NCBI GenBank assembly: GCA_900617105.1
Contig: UYFQ01000013.1
Location: forward strand, 1-64,000
Reading direction: 5' to 3'
Length of the DNA stretch: 64,000 bases
DNA from: Hydrurus foetidus
Taxonomy: Eukaryota
Shown here piece after piece: positions 10,414 through 22,896 of this stretch (position 1 is its first letter; each line of letters begins with the position of its first letter). The position numbers were made by a program, and so were the translations under genes. Under the pieces are notes generated by a model. It was not told the origin of the DNA. It ran no database searches and saw only the letters and a program-made list of their open reading frames with translations.

Positions 10414-12463
10414 CAGTGACCATAAAAAGATGTCTCTTTTGGTGTCTCTTTTACACACACAGATTTTGTACGTACATCACCCTGGCGGCTGAACGTAGCA
10501 ATAGGCTACTCGAGAGGAACGACTGCTGCAGCAGTCACAGCACTGCATCAAATATTTTACGTCCAGAGAACCCCATGACATCGTGACATCCGCCCAGGTG
10601 TCGTCATGGTTGGAATCTGTGAATCGACTCGTTAGTCGAAATGTAGTTTAGCAGCACCAAACTCCACGGATCTCAAAATCCCGAGATTTGATGCTATGAA
10701 TACTGTGTCGAGTTCTGTGATAGCCGGCAGCAGCTGTCGAGGCGAAAAGCCTTTCTCCGCTGGATTCTGAGCGCTAATTTCGGGAATCGCCATCGTGCAC
10801 GCCTCTTCGCCATCGTCAGTTACAGCGGGAGATTCCATCTCGGCGAATTCTCCCTCGCTTCGAGATTATTCAACTGCCGGCAATTCTTCTTCGAGAATTG
10901 CCGAGGCCGTCAAGTTTATGGAAACGGATTTCCAACGTTGCCCATGGAAAGCGCCATCATTTCTTTGCCATCATTGGTTGGCTAGAACTCTATGGCCAAC
11001 ATTCGTTGGCCATCGCTCATCAGCCATCTGTTTACAACGGGAGATTCTACTGCGGCGAATCCTCCCTCGCTTCCAGATAGCGCAATCAATGGACTTTTGC
11101 CTACTCCTTCTCATATTCGCCTTCTAATCCACTTTTTAACTTGGCTCCCGTCGTGGAAAGGGGGAACCCCTTGCATTTTTTTTCCACAAACATGCCATCT
11201 ATCCACCTTTGTATCATCGACCGAAATCTCGGAGGAGTCCAGCACCACCATCACTTCCGTCACTATTTAATGTGTCGTTGTGCGTAATTACGTGTTGCCT
11301 TTGTCTGCTTGTCTGATGTCGTAGCTTTTCTAACGACGCTCATCAAGAACAGAAATGTTTACGGTGTTGCAACTATTTCCAGATTGCAACCTTGCTTTCG
11401 CTCGCCAAGCATTCTGCTCTAAGACACTCGTATCTTTAAATGAATTAATTCTTAATGAGATATTTTAGCAATCAATTTAGATTTTTTTTTCGTAGCACTC
11501 TTGCAGAAGTGGTGCAGTTATCTTTTCGTTTCATCTATTAATTTTTTTAGATACGTATGAAATGTTCGTTTCAAAAAGTTTAGCATCTCATTGCATGAAG
11601 AATATATTCAATGGTACATCCGGAAAGTTTCTAGAAATATGAACACGTTTAAATAACCAATATCTCATCTATAGAGCCGAAATTCCACCACATCAAACAC
11701 TATTATCTGTATTCTGTATCATCCGTATTCTGTATTGTCCGTATTTTGTATTTTTGAAATGATATTCAGTGACTATAAAAAGATGTCTTTTTCCGTGTAC
11801 ACACTACAGTACCGTACACATGTGGTCAAGGCGTACTTACCACTCAGATAATACTCATATATTATAGCTCATAGCTCATATTGTAGCTGCATACTTCTGA
11901 CTGTAGTGCACACTGGCTATTCGACGGCATAGTGAATTCGTGTATACGACAGTTCAGGATGGATGTCGGCATAAACTCTGTAGTTCAGGCACTTTTGAAT
12001 GCTGATCTCGGCCAGTTTAGCGACTCTCTTTTCGCGCTGGGAGACAATAATTGTGTGTTAAAAGCATATAAAACTGCTTTTCCTGGCTATAACCGCGATG
12101 GTGACATATTAAAAAGATATTGGAATAACTGGAAAAAAGACTCTCCAGCTTATAAAGATTTCATCAAAAGTCTGAAAAATAACTTCGTGTATTGCTTCAT
12201 ATTTCACTGAAAAGAAATTGCACTGCATTTCTTTTCTATAATAATTTAATGACATAAAACATTAAAAGCTTCGACTTCTACAGAAATTATCCGTGAACAC
12301 CAGTAGGAGAGGAATTTAACCCCATCATCCTCCCTCCCGGTGGGTCCCCTCCCCCACCACCACCCCCACCCTTGGGTCCCCTCCTCCACCACCCTCCCTA
12401 CCGGTGGGTCCCTTCCCCCACCACCTCCCCCCCCCCCCAGGGGACATCTTTTTATGGTCACTA
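10414..12463. mobile_element. Non-autonomous TIR-bounded repeat family; a second copy (spacer X plus 10082-10399) hosts the Gypsy insertions
   Basis: Left TIR CAGTGACCATAAAAAGATGTC at 10414-10434, variant at 11767-11787; right TIR GACATCTTTTTATGGTCACTA at 12443-12463, variant at 10379-10399; ~10900-11470 is homologous to X; 10250-10400 resembles 12245-12465; no TSD found. Confidence 0.6.
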
Positions 12464-12675
12464 GCGCCCCCCCCCCGTGTACCAGTACGGATATTTGTAC
12501 TGGTCCCAGCATAAGAAGTTGCTTTTAAGAAATTCGAAAATTCAAATAATAATTCAAACAATCACACTGCTACGTAGCAGTGCTACTCTCTAAGATTTGC
12601 ATGACATCATCTACAGTAGTTGCTCGTCCACCTTATTAATTTGACCGAGCTATCACAGGAATCGAAGTCTCTGCA

Positions 12676-15600
12676 ATGGCGTCTCTTCATAAAGTCATCA
12701 AAGCGTATTTGTATCTTCAAAGAAACATCAATGGCTTGGAGATTGCCAAACTCACGACCAAGAAAGGTCGAATTACTACCCCGCTCTTCAAGATGATGGC
12801 ATTTGTTGGCATAGGAGATGAGGAAGTGCTTCTTGAGTATGAGAGATTCGTCAGAGTGGATCCTGCTGCCGAAGCCTTTCGATCTACAGTAGAACTGCTC
12901 TCCGACATATCTCCAAGAGGCGTGAAACGCAAATTCACGTTCGAACTTCTGATCGAGAATAATGCACAGCTACTATTAGCTCGGTATTCTTTACCTCCAA
13001 GAGTTGATGTAGTGGTAAATAACGAAACTCCTCATCCAACGAAGCAAGTGAGAATTTCCGGCAAAACAGCGTTTACTCAGGCGTACATAGCGCGACATTC
13101 GAAACCAATTCAAATGAAGGTTGAAGAGATGCTATCCACAGAGATACCCATTGGCAATCCTCGCTTCGTGCTCAACGCCAAGCAAGATGTTTTAAAACGT
13201 CTCAATGACAAGCTCCCCAAGTCGAATGACGAAATCACTGCTTCAAACAGCGCAATCGTAAATAATATCAAGCAACTAATAATATCCATGAGAACACATA
13301 GACGGCGAGATAGAGAACAAAATTCGTTCTGCACTTGCTGTTTGGGGTGACGTGCCTATAGGTACACTAGAGATCTCCATCGGTCTCTCGAGGCGCATGA
13401 TAGAACACGGTCGTGATATGAGATTCAAATTCAATGTCGACGTGGAGAAAGCAAAAAGAGAACAGACATCAACGAGTAGATATGTTACACCAACTCAACA
13501 TAATGAAAGTGATGCTTCTCGCTCTCACAGTGAAAACGACAGCAGTGACGATGAAAGAGAAATGAATAGTAGTGGTAACAGGAAGAGGCAAAGGAGTGAT
13601 GACGATAACGATCAAAATGAAGCAAAGAAAAATATGTTTAGGGAGTACTTTTCAGCCAAGAGTAGGAAGCTCAGAAAGGATAACATCGATGGCAGCAAAG
13701 TCCAGCAGTTCTGCCATTATAGTCCATGGGCGGAAGAGTCGATACCTTACAGCTATCTAGACAGCAACTGCTACTGGAGCAGCCTGTCGGGGGATACGAC
13801 TACGAGACACCGAGAGTGTTCCAGTTTCCTGTCACCGAAATGCATAAGCAGTTTCATCATCTCAAAGAGAAGAGAGCAGAGGACGGGATATGTCTCTGAA
13901 GAAGTTCCGAGATTTGATATGCCCCTGTATGTCGCATGCGAAACAACGGGATACGGCAGATGAGATTGTCGCTGAATTCAAGCACTGTTTGCATACATGG
14001 GATATATGCATGCGAAACAAAGACAGAAATGTACGACTGGAGATAGCACGTTGCAGCAGTACAGAGTGTCATCAACATAAGGAAGGAACAGAATCGACAG
14101 CGTTGTATGCTAAAGCTTCGAAGACAACATCGAATTTTCTGAGTTACCTCCTGTGTCCACAGATACAAAGGGATGACCTAGCAGTACAAGTGATGGTCGG
14201 CCCAAGTACTTTTGCTGCTGAAATGGAGACAGCGAAGTGGAGTAATATAGCAGCTGCAATGAGAAAGAAGTCATCCCGGGAGGCTGATTTCAGAGCAAGT
14301 AGAGCAACAAAGGGTTCGACTAAGAAACTCAAAAAAGAAAGACAGGAGAAAGTCTTACCCACGAGGTCAATTGATCCAGGATTCGGATGGTACCAGAAGA
14401 TGTGCTGCGAGTTAAGGTGTGATGACTGTGGGATTAAGTCCAGATTCCGTAGTGGTAATGCTGCGGATGTTTCCGCCTCGTCTGCAGCAGATAGTGTGAC
14501 AGCTCAGTTCCGTACAGCCAGCTGCAATTGCGAGTTCGACTGTAGCGATTGAAGTGTTAGTAAAGGTGAAGATGTATAAGGAACAAATAAGATCAGGACA
14601 GTTTCAAAAGGAGTTGGAAGAAGTGGAAATATCATTAACTCAGTTCAAGATCCACTTCATGAGATGTGTGCAAAAATATCCAAAGCATCACTTCAATGAC
14701 ATCATGAGCTCTCAAGCAAGAAGGAATCTTTATGAGAAAATAAAGACGGATAAGAATCTGTCTACTACTATAAAACTGGCTTCTGACTACTCTGCTATTC
14801 TCGATGGACATTCCCAAGATCAGCTAAATCAGACTACACAGCTACACTCTATACAGCTGGTCATTCTATTATCACATCTAGTCGACAATGTTCTTGTTAC
14901 GAAAGCATACTCTTTCTGGACTCAACAAGGAACATCAAAACTAAAATCTGATAATCACTACTGCCGGGAGTGTAAAAATAGAGTAATCGAAGATGCTCAC
15001 AAGGCTAACGTACCGTTTGATCGAGTTATTGAAATAACTGATGGGGCTCCTACACAATTCAAGAACCGCTTCAACGTTGTCCAGTTGGCTGATCTTGTGC
15101 GGCGCTTCAAACTGGTGTGGGCAATGGCAGTGTATCCTCCTACAGCAACATTCAAAGGAGAGCATGATGGGGTAGGCAATTTAGACAAAAATGTTATCAG
15201 GAAGGCAGAACTGGCAGAGACAGGAAGATACCCTACTACAAGAAGTTATATGCCTTTGCTACTTTCTCAGCCAGAAAAAACGCCAAGGGTATTAGATGAC
15301 CCAAACCGAAGAACCCATGAAATTGATCAGCATACACGAGTGTACGTCGTTGACAAGCCTAACATGTTACCTGGTGAGGAGTCAAATCACAACTACCTCG
15401 TAACGGACAAGTCAAGGCAGAATTACGAATGCACTGTAGTAAATGTAATACAATCAGCATACAATGTCATCGTATTCAAAAATCGAAGCAAATACAAATC
15501 AGACAGCTTACCTTCGCGACAGATTTTGCAGTTGCGATAGCTGCAGGAAAGCTACAGTCCCTGAGGATTTTTTAAGCTGCAGGTATGATTTGATTCTGCT

Positions 15601-16199
15601 GTGCCACTCAATCAATCAGGACTCATTTTGATAATCATTTCGTTTTTGAAAGGTATCTCGATGATATGGAGCCGCTCCGAAAGCAGACATTCCAAAATAA
15701 AGGATTCCGCAAGGAACCTGCCATAGAGGGTAGGGTGGAGGAGTATCGAGTACATCTTAGTGCAGGAGGTACAATCGTTCATGGAGAAAGGGTGATAGTG
15801 GGGCTACAAGGGGGAAAAGTTGCGATAGTAACTGTGATACCAGAGGTGATTGAGAAAAAATGTCAGCGGAGTACTAAATCTTTAATCAGGGGGAATGTGG
15901 TGATCATGGTAGATGTCTTGGAGAAAGTTCCATTCGAAATTACTGAAGACGGTTCAAATACAACAGTACAAGACACCCAAGGTTTTATTCGGAACAACGC
16001 ATTGAGATCACGACCGATATTGCTCAGTGATGTTATACTACCTACCTTACGTGAAGGAGTCTGTCGCAGTGACTTGATAAAATGCGACATCCTAGAACCC
16101 ACAGCGCGGATAAGAGGTTTAGATGTTTATCGTCTCCAACTTCAAGACATCGAGCTCCTCCGAGAACGAGAAAGTGAAATCTTTCCCTGTGTGACGTAG
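12676..16199 (+). pseudogene. Decayed DNA transposase, Sola-like DDD type
   Basis: ORFs broken by stops and frameshifts; motifs ASDYS, ITDGAPTQFKNRFN, ATFKGEHDGVG; Cys motifs LLCP...CCELRCDDCG and, off-frame, FCSCDSC; probable intron ~15583-15652. Confidence 0.6.
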
Positions 16200-16959
16200 T
16201 ACACATAGGTCAGCGTGCAAGATCAGATAAAGTGTCTTATCAAATATACTATGCTCAAAATAATGCGCCCAATGAGATTTCCTTTCGGATGTATCATCCT
16301 TAGTATGTAATTCAACATGTGACAATCAATCTCTCTCTAAAAAGAAATACGCAGCGAGATTTTGAGGTCGACATTTTTCGAAACAGAGGTAAAATAGCGC
16401 TGAAGAAATATGGTGAGTCTGATAGCATGCGATCTACGACCGCTGCAGCAAATCAAAGTCAGCAGTACTATTTTCAGACTGTTAGAGTCAATGAATCAAT
16501 GTCTTAACATTAACTTCGGGTGATGTCTACCATTTTTGACCTCTAGGAAACTCACCAATTGAAATGCGCAAAGATGATTTCGGATTCCGTCACGATGATG
16601 CCATTATTCGTCAAAGGTTGTCGATGCAAAAATAAATTCAAATTATTGACAGGTCAATAAACACTTGGTTGGAGAGGCTCTCTTCAGAACGATAGAATTC
16701 CTGTTGAATCAGGTCGCAAAAGCCAGCAGATTTTGAGATGTTGATACGATGAGTGGACAAAAGCAAGGAAGATAGTGACAGCTACGAAACTTACCAATTC
16801 AAAATGAGACCTCTTCTGATGAGTTTCGAAGAAATCATACGCTCAGATCAGTAAAATTGTTGTTGCTATATCTATAGCTAGATTATGTAGCTGTAAGGGT
16901 TGGCGAGATGGAGAGAAATTATAATTCGCAGACAAATCCGGACAGTTCTCCGTTCGAGT

Positions 16960-17403
16960 TAGGGTCTGACACAACCGCCCTTTCCGTCTTTGGGGCGGTT
17001 TACACTCATCTGAAAAATCAGTCCGTCTTTTCCCGTCTTTCTTACTTTTTGTCATGAAGAAAAAATTATTCTAAAAAAGTAAATGTGCTATCCTCCGGCT
17101 CTGCTAATTTCCTATCCAATACCGTCTTAAAAAGTGTTCAGAACTTCAGTTGTACCGTTCATGCCAATACGTGGGGTGTTTCGAACCCGGGGTGAGGAGC
17201 CTAGAAATTATTTTTTGTCGCATTATTTCTTTCGCGTTTTGGATCAAATAGAGCTATATTTGAGTAGGACCTAAGTAGAGGAATAAGAATCTGCATTAAA
17301 AAGTTGAAAATTCGTCATGGTCGTGGAGATATAGCTGGGGCGGTTTCAGGGGCGGAAAAAAAGTCGGATTGAGGATTTCTAGGGGCGGTTGTGTCAGACC
17401 CTA
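16960..17403. mobile_element. hAT-type MITE (444 bp)
   Basis: 21-bp TIR TAGGGTCTGACACAACCGCCC; 8-bp TSD GTTCGAGT/GTTCGCGT (7 of 8 match). Confidence 0.9.
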
Positions 17404-17501
17404 GTTCGCGTGCACCCGGCACTCGGATCCCCGCCACGACCCCCACACCCCACACCCAAGTATGGCGCGCCATGTCGAACCCCTATATTTTTTGCAAAAT
17501 C

Positions 17502-18310
17502 CTTGGTCCCCTACGGTGGCGTTTTTTTCAATAATTAATGTTTTACGGAAATCAGTTTGTCACGGAAAACGTCTGCAGTCAAAAATTCCCTCTACACTAC
17601 TGCAGCGCAAGCACAATAAAGATCAATAAAAAGCAAATCTGAATCAGCCATTGTTCTTGGCAGGGTTTACTTGGGGAAGAACTGGGAGAGTGCGTTGTCT
17701 TCAGTCAATCCAGGTTCGCGAAAATTACCCGTTTCAAGCGCTTCCAAATAAATATTTCACCATCAGCGTACTGCTCGAAATTTTTGATGAATTGGCACCT
17801 CATGACCTATAGAACATCAAATGAATCAAAATTTCCATCAACGACAGTATCTGGAATGTCAAAATATCCATCATAAAAAAATTGAAATCCTGGGGAAGAG
17901 AAAATAAAATGCTACTGAGTTTCAATGCTGCTTTCAACTTGGGGACTATGCAATTCTAGTCTTCCGGATTTAGAAACAATGCTTAGAAGCTCCGTAAGTG
18001 GGTGCCTGATTGTGTTCTGTAAATGCGTAGTGAGACGCAATGTAGCCATTTTGTCGAAGTGAAGGGGCGTTCCGGGCCTTTTTTTTTCTGAAAACCGTAG
18101 TTTTATGCGCGGGATAAGAACCGAATTAATTGTTGAATTTTAGAAACCAACCTTTTAATATCAAACATACATTTAAAAGTTATTCTACCATCTCTGACCT
18201 CAGCTCCAGAGTAATCTTGACATTCTGAATCGAACGCACCATTCAGATTTTTATGGTTCGATCAGCGAAAAAAGTTCTGACAGGGTCCCAAAACACCGTA
18301 GGGGACCAAG
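17502..18310. repeat. Perfect 17-bp inverted repeat pair (orphan TIRs)
   Basis: CTTGGTCCCCTACGGTG at 17502-17518 and CACCGTAGGGGACCAAG at 18294-18310; no convincing TSD. Confidence 0.75.
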
Positions 18311-18603
18311 AAATTGAAAACTCAACCCCTGAAATTTTTTCGACAAAGTTTTTTCTTCAACGATAATTTTTGCACGCCGGATTTTTTTGTTGAAACGAAA
18401 AATGTCGGACATCATCGAGAGAAGAGATGACCGTTCACATCTCACATCTCACAGCAATACAGCAGTACGTTGCAATATTGAGAGAGGGTTCCCTTACACG
18501 GATACTTGACAGTTAGATAGGAGCTTCACTGTTGCTCATCAGGTAACTCCGCTCCTGATTTGCTGCATCAATTACACCAAGAATTTCACAGTACTTTTTC
18601 TCT

Positions 18604-20497
18604 GTGAGACCACAGAGGTTGCTGAATCTTGGGAAAGTTCTCATGAACGGAGGCAGCCCCCCATTCGAGACAACAGCTGACGAAGTTGATCAACTTCGCC
18701 AGCTTGGATTGAACTGGACGCAGGTAAGTCATCATCTCGGGACCTCGACGAAGACCCTGCTGAAGTGGAGGCATAAAAATGGCTACCAGGTGTAAATTGG
18801 AGGATAGATTAGCATGTTTTGAGCAATCTCTGCTTCATTTGACTCTTGAGAAGTTGCAAATATTTCGATGACAAATTCATTGCATGCATTCTGTTTTCCC
18901 ACAGCTCATTAAATTAAAGCGACACAGTAATCAAACTCTCGCGAAATTTGTAAGAATTTTCCTACTTATAGAATTCTGATTTCATCTGATTTTCAAACAT
19001 CATTTTGAGTATCCCTTTCACCTCTGCTTTAACCCAGGACCTCGAGGACTTTGAGGAGGAGGAAGCTGACCATATCGTCAGGCGATGTACATCTTTAAAT
19101 CCAGAGAGGGGTGAGAGGATGATACAGGGTGACTTGCGTTCTCGCTCGAGAATGCTCTTCACCCGGCAGCAGCTTCGTGACACCATACATCGTGTCGATG
19201 AAGATGGTGTCGTCGCGCGTGGAGAACTTTTTATAGACGTATTATCAGGTAACCATGCTCAACATCTCACACAATTATAACCAACAAAATTTTGAGATCA
19301 TTAATTTAAAGATATTAATTCTAGGCGTGTGTACAATGTAGCTGAACCGCACCATCTTTGGCATATGGATGGACATCACAAACTGATTCGATATCGGTTG
19401 GTTACTCATGGATGTTTCGACGGCAATACCAGGTAATGATTTCAGCCATATTACAGATTATAAACTCACCATATGTAATTGTAAAGTACGATAGTAGTAA
19501 ATTCTTAGTTCCTGTTTATTGTCATTCAAATGTGTCTTTTGTAGACGCTATTTAGCAATAATTTTCAGAAATTGCGTTTACTTATACAAAAGTTTTTTGC
19601 TGCAACATCAATAAATTGTTTATATCGCAAATTGGGGAATTTTAAATTTTGAACAACATTATTTTCTGTTCGTTTAGTTATCACGAATATGTTATTCGTA
19701 CAAAAACAAATCAACGTTATGTCTCGAGTACATAGGGCTGTAATATACCTTGGTATCCGAGATAACAATCGGAGTCAAACTGTTCTAGCCCTTTTCGAGG
19801 AGGGAGTTGAAGAATTCACTCTCCCTTCGAGGGTGAGAGGGGATCAAGGTGGGGAAAATGTGCTTGTAGCTGATTACATGATCCGACGTCGAGGACCAAA
19901 CAGAGGCTCCTATATTACAGGCTCCTCTAAGTTTAATACTCGGTAAGCTATATCATTGAAATATGCCTCAGTGATTAAGTTTAAAAAATTACAAATATTT
20001 ACAGAATTGAGCGTCTATGGAAGGATGTATAGAGTGAAGTCATCGTGTTTTATATGAAATTATTTAAAACTTTTGATAAAAGCGGTATGAGTATAGATGA
20101 TGAGTGGCACTTGTTTGTTCTGCATTACTTGTTTGTACCTAGAATAAAAGAGGAATTAGATGAATTTAAATATGCATGGAATAATCATCCTGTATCAACA
20201 GAAAGAAATGAGTCACCTCTACAAATGCTTGCTCTGCGTGCTAACAATTTTCCACCCGAGGAAGATATTGACCAAGGTGTATACGGAGTAGATGGGGACA
20301 GTGATTGGGATGAAGACGACGGCGAAGACTATCGAGTTCCATGCGATCCCATATTCTGCCCTTTGACTCCACAAAATTACGCCATTTTTGTCAGAGATGT
20401 AAAACCCTTAACGTTAGATATCCCACCTCCTGATTTACAGAACTGGTTTTATCATGCCATTGAAATCATTCTAAAAATAAAAAGAGATCAAGAGTAA
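18604..20497 (+). pseudogene. IS3EU-like DDE transposase (integrase core) with four spliceosomal introns
   Basis: HTH (LRQLGLNWTQVSHHLGTS), then GERMIQGDL, HLWHMDGHHKLIRYRLVTHGCFDG, PSRVRGDQGGEN, NTRIERLWKD, WNNHPVSTE; GT-AG introns at 18790-19037, 19249-19324, 19433-19735 and 19943-20004; in-frame TAG at 20030-20032 and a 1-nt frameshift near 19230. Confidence 0.8.
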
Positions 20498-20566
20498 TTA
20501 AAATATTTTCTTCAAGGCCTGATCCACTTAAACTGAATTTGTGAATTAGTGAATGAGTGAGTGAGT

Positions 20567-20790
20567 TGCACCCACATTCTGTCACGTACTTACCACGTAC
20601 ATACCGATGATTATCATCATTATAGGCACTCAGTAAGTTGCACCCACACTCTGTCACGTACTTACCACGTACATACCGACGATTCTCATTATCATAGGCA
20701 CTCAGTAGGTTGCACCCACACTCTGTCACGTACTTACCACGTACATACCGATGATTATCATCATCATAGGCACTCAGTAACTTGCACCTA
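20567..20790. repeat. Minisatellite, 72-bp unit x3
   Basis: TGCACC recurs at 20567, 20639, 20711 and 20783. Confidence 0.95.
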
Positions 20791-20793
20791 CAG

Positions 20794-21160
20794 AGACACT
20801 ATATCAGCACACTATCATGTATACTTAGACACTATATCAGCACACTATCATATATACTTAGACACTATATCAGCACACTATCACATATACTTAGACACTA
20901 TATCAGCACACTGTCATATATACTTAGACACTATATCAGCACACTATCACATATACTTAGACACTATATCAGCACACTATCACATATACTTAGACACTAT
21001 ATCAGCACACTATCACATATACTTAGACACTATATCAGCACACTATCACATATACTTAGACACTATATCAGCACACTATCACATATACTTAGACACTATA
21101 TCAGCACACTATCACATATACTTAGACACTATATCAGCACACTATCACATATACTTAGAC
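20794..21160. repeat. Minisatellite, 33-bp unit x11
   Basis: Unit AGACACTATATCAGCACACTATCACATATACTT repeated head to tail. Confidence 0.95.
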
Positions 21161-21369
21161 AATATCTTACATATTGATTTATATCATTATGTTATGCTCT
21201 CAATTTGATGTCTCATTACCGATGGTTTCTTGTTCTGCTGGCGAAATATTGCAAGGTCTTTTAATTCCTTTGTTTTTTTCATGATCTTTTTATTACTCTT
21301 CATTTATTCGTGCATAAAATAAAATTTGTTCGTCAATAATAGTTATTATTAGTAATATTTTAAAACTGT

Positions 21370-22161
21370 TCAAGCTGAAAACGGAGATGAAGATGAAGAT
21401 GAAGACGAACTTGTAGATGGCTGGATTATTTCTACGTAATTGTTTTCCTCTATTTCCTCAGATGTAAGGAAGCCTGATACTTCATGGTTGTAGCAGTCAG
21501 GTAGAACATACAGAAACTTCAAAGTACACAATGATGCTAATATCCTATCACTAGGCCAGTTGCCTGACCAATATTGGGTAGGTTTAAGGGACCTGTTGGT
21601 TGATCTAGTGAACAAGTACCATTTTTTAGTATAGAATTCACCATAGGACACGTTCAATTTTAGAAATCGATGTAAATTATCTAAGGTTGTTAAGTGTTAA
21701 TTGAATTCACAGTTTTCATTCATTTCCAAATGATCAAAGTCCGTTTGTGGGACCGGGTCTCTACGCTCCATCATGATCATCTTCAGCATCATATTTCTTG
21801 ATCGTGGTGGAGACTGTGTACTCCGCCCACCAACAGATCTCCTGGAATCGATTTGGTCTCCAGAACTTTTTCTCTTGTTGTTCACGGTGGCTTTCTGCTT
21901 GGTCCTGAAAAGTTGTTTTCTCTCTTCGTCGGTGCTATCCTTGGGGACCTGCAGAGCAATATTTGGTTCAGCTACAGCCGAGGGTAAGAACTGAACTTTC
22001 CCATCCTGGATGAAACCATGGATAGAGTGGGCCGAGATGTCGTGATTGCAATACCCGCAAATCACACTTGAATCATCATTTGGTCGAAAACGCGCGCATT
22101 TTATACCGCACTCATCAGACACAACACAACCTCCCATAAGATAATCCGAGTTAGCCGCCAT
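21370..22161 (-). pseudogene. Unknown protein with N-terminal Cys/His zinc-finger-like motif; probable second gene of the IS3EU-like element
   Basis: ORF 21697-22161 (C..ECGIKCARF...CGYCNHDISAH) continues after a stop into ORF 21370-21657; convergent with the transposase. Confidence 0.45.
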
Positions 22162-22626
22162 AGTTCGGCTGCAACTTTGGGACCTATGAGTTATGCTGGG
22201 TGCAAGGTTGCTGAACTGACAAGTTGGTCAGTTGGGAATACTCGTTGGCAAGTTGGCGTCAGAGTTTGCTCAGTGACAAGTTGGTCAAGGAGTAGACGGA
22301 AGCAACAAGTTGGTCGCTCCGTTGGTTTTCGATAAGAGGCTTTGGTCGTGAGAGAAAAGTGTATTTATATTTAAATAGAAGTGATCAACTGCTGCTATTG
22401 CGTAACGTGTATCAAGCGTGAAAGTGCAACGTGTTGAAGTAGTCGTGCGTAAGATCCGTGTGTTGCAGTAGTAACGTGTAATATACGTACATGTATACGA
22501 TCAGTCTACTATATAGCAAAGTCTGTAACACCACCCTTCTTCGGATAAAATATATTTGTGAAGTATAAAAGTTAGACCACTACTACATCTCAGTGAGTTC
22601 GTATGTGTGTCATTATGTGATTGTAA

Positions 22627-22734
22627 GACCGTTTCTTACTCACCGAAAACTAAAACCAAAAACCCACGAGTTTTCATTTTCGGAAAGTTTCGGAATGAGA
22701 AAACTGAGAAAACAGCGGTGCGTAAGAAACGGTC
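22627..22734. mobile_element. Tourist-like (PIF/Harbinger) MITE, 108 bp
   Basis: TIR GACCGTTTCTTACTCACCG / CGGTGCGTAAGAAACGGTC (one mismatch), TAA on both sides. Confidence 0.75.
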
Positions 22735-22896
22735 TAAAACGAGGAATTTAGTCTACGACACAGAACGGAAAAAGTTGTAAAAGATGAAATATTGGACCCA
22801 TTGAAAATTTGGGAAAATGACGTGCATTTTTGAGTTTTTTATTGTTTTGGGGGTCCGGAAAACTTCTGGGGGTCCGGAAAACTTTTGGGAATTTTC

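Noticed and set aside
20567..21160. CRISPR-like array
   Set aside because: Units are head to tail with no unique spacers, there are no cas genes, and the context is eukaryotic
22523..22760. LTR beginning TGTAACACC
   Set aside because: No partner LTR, PPT or TSD could be identified
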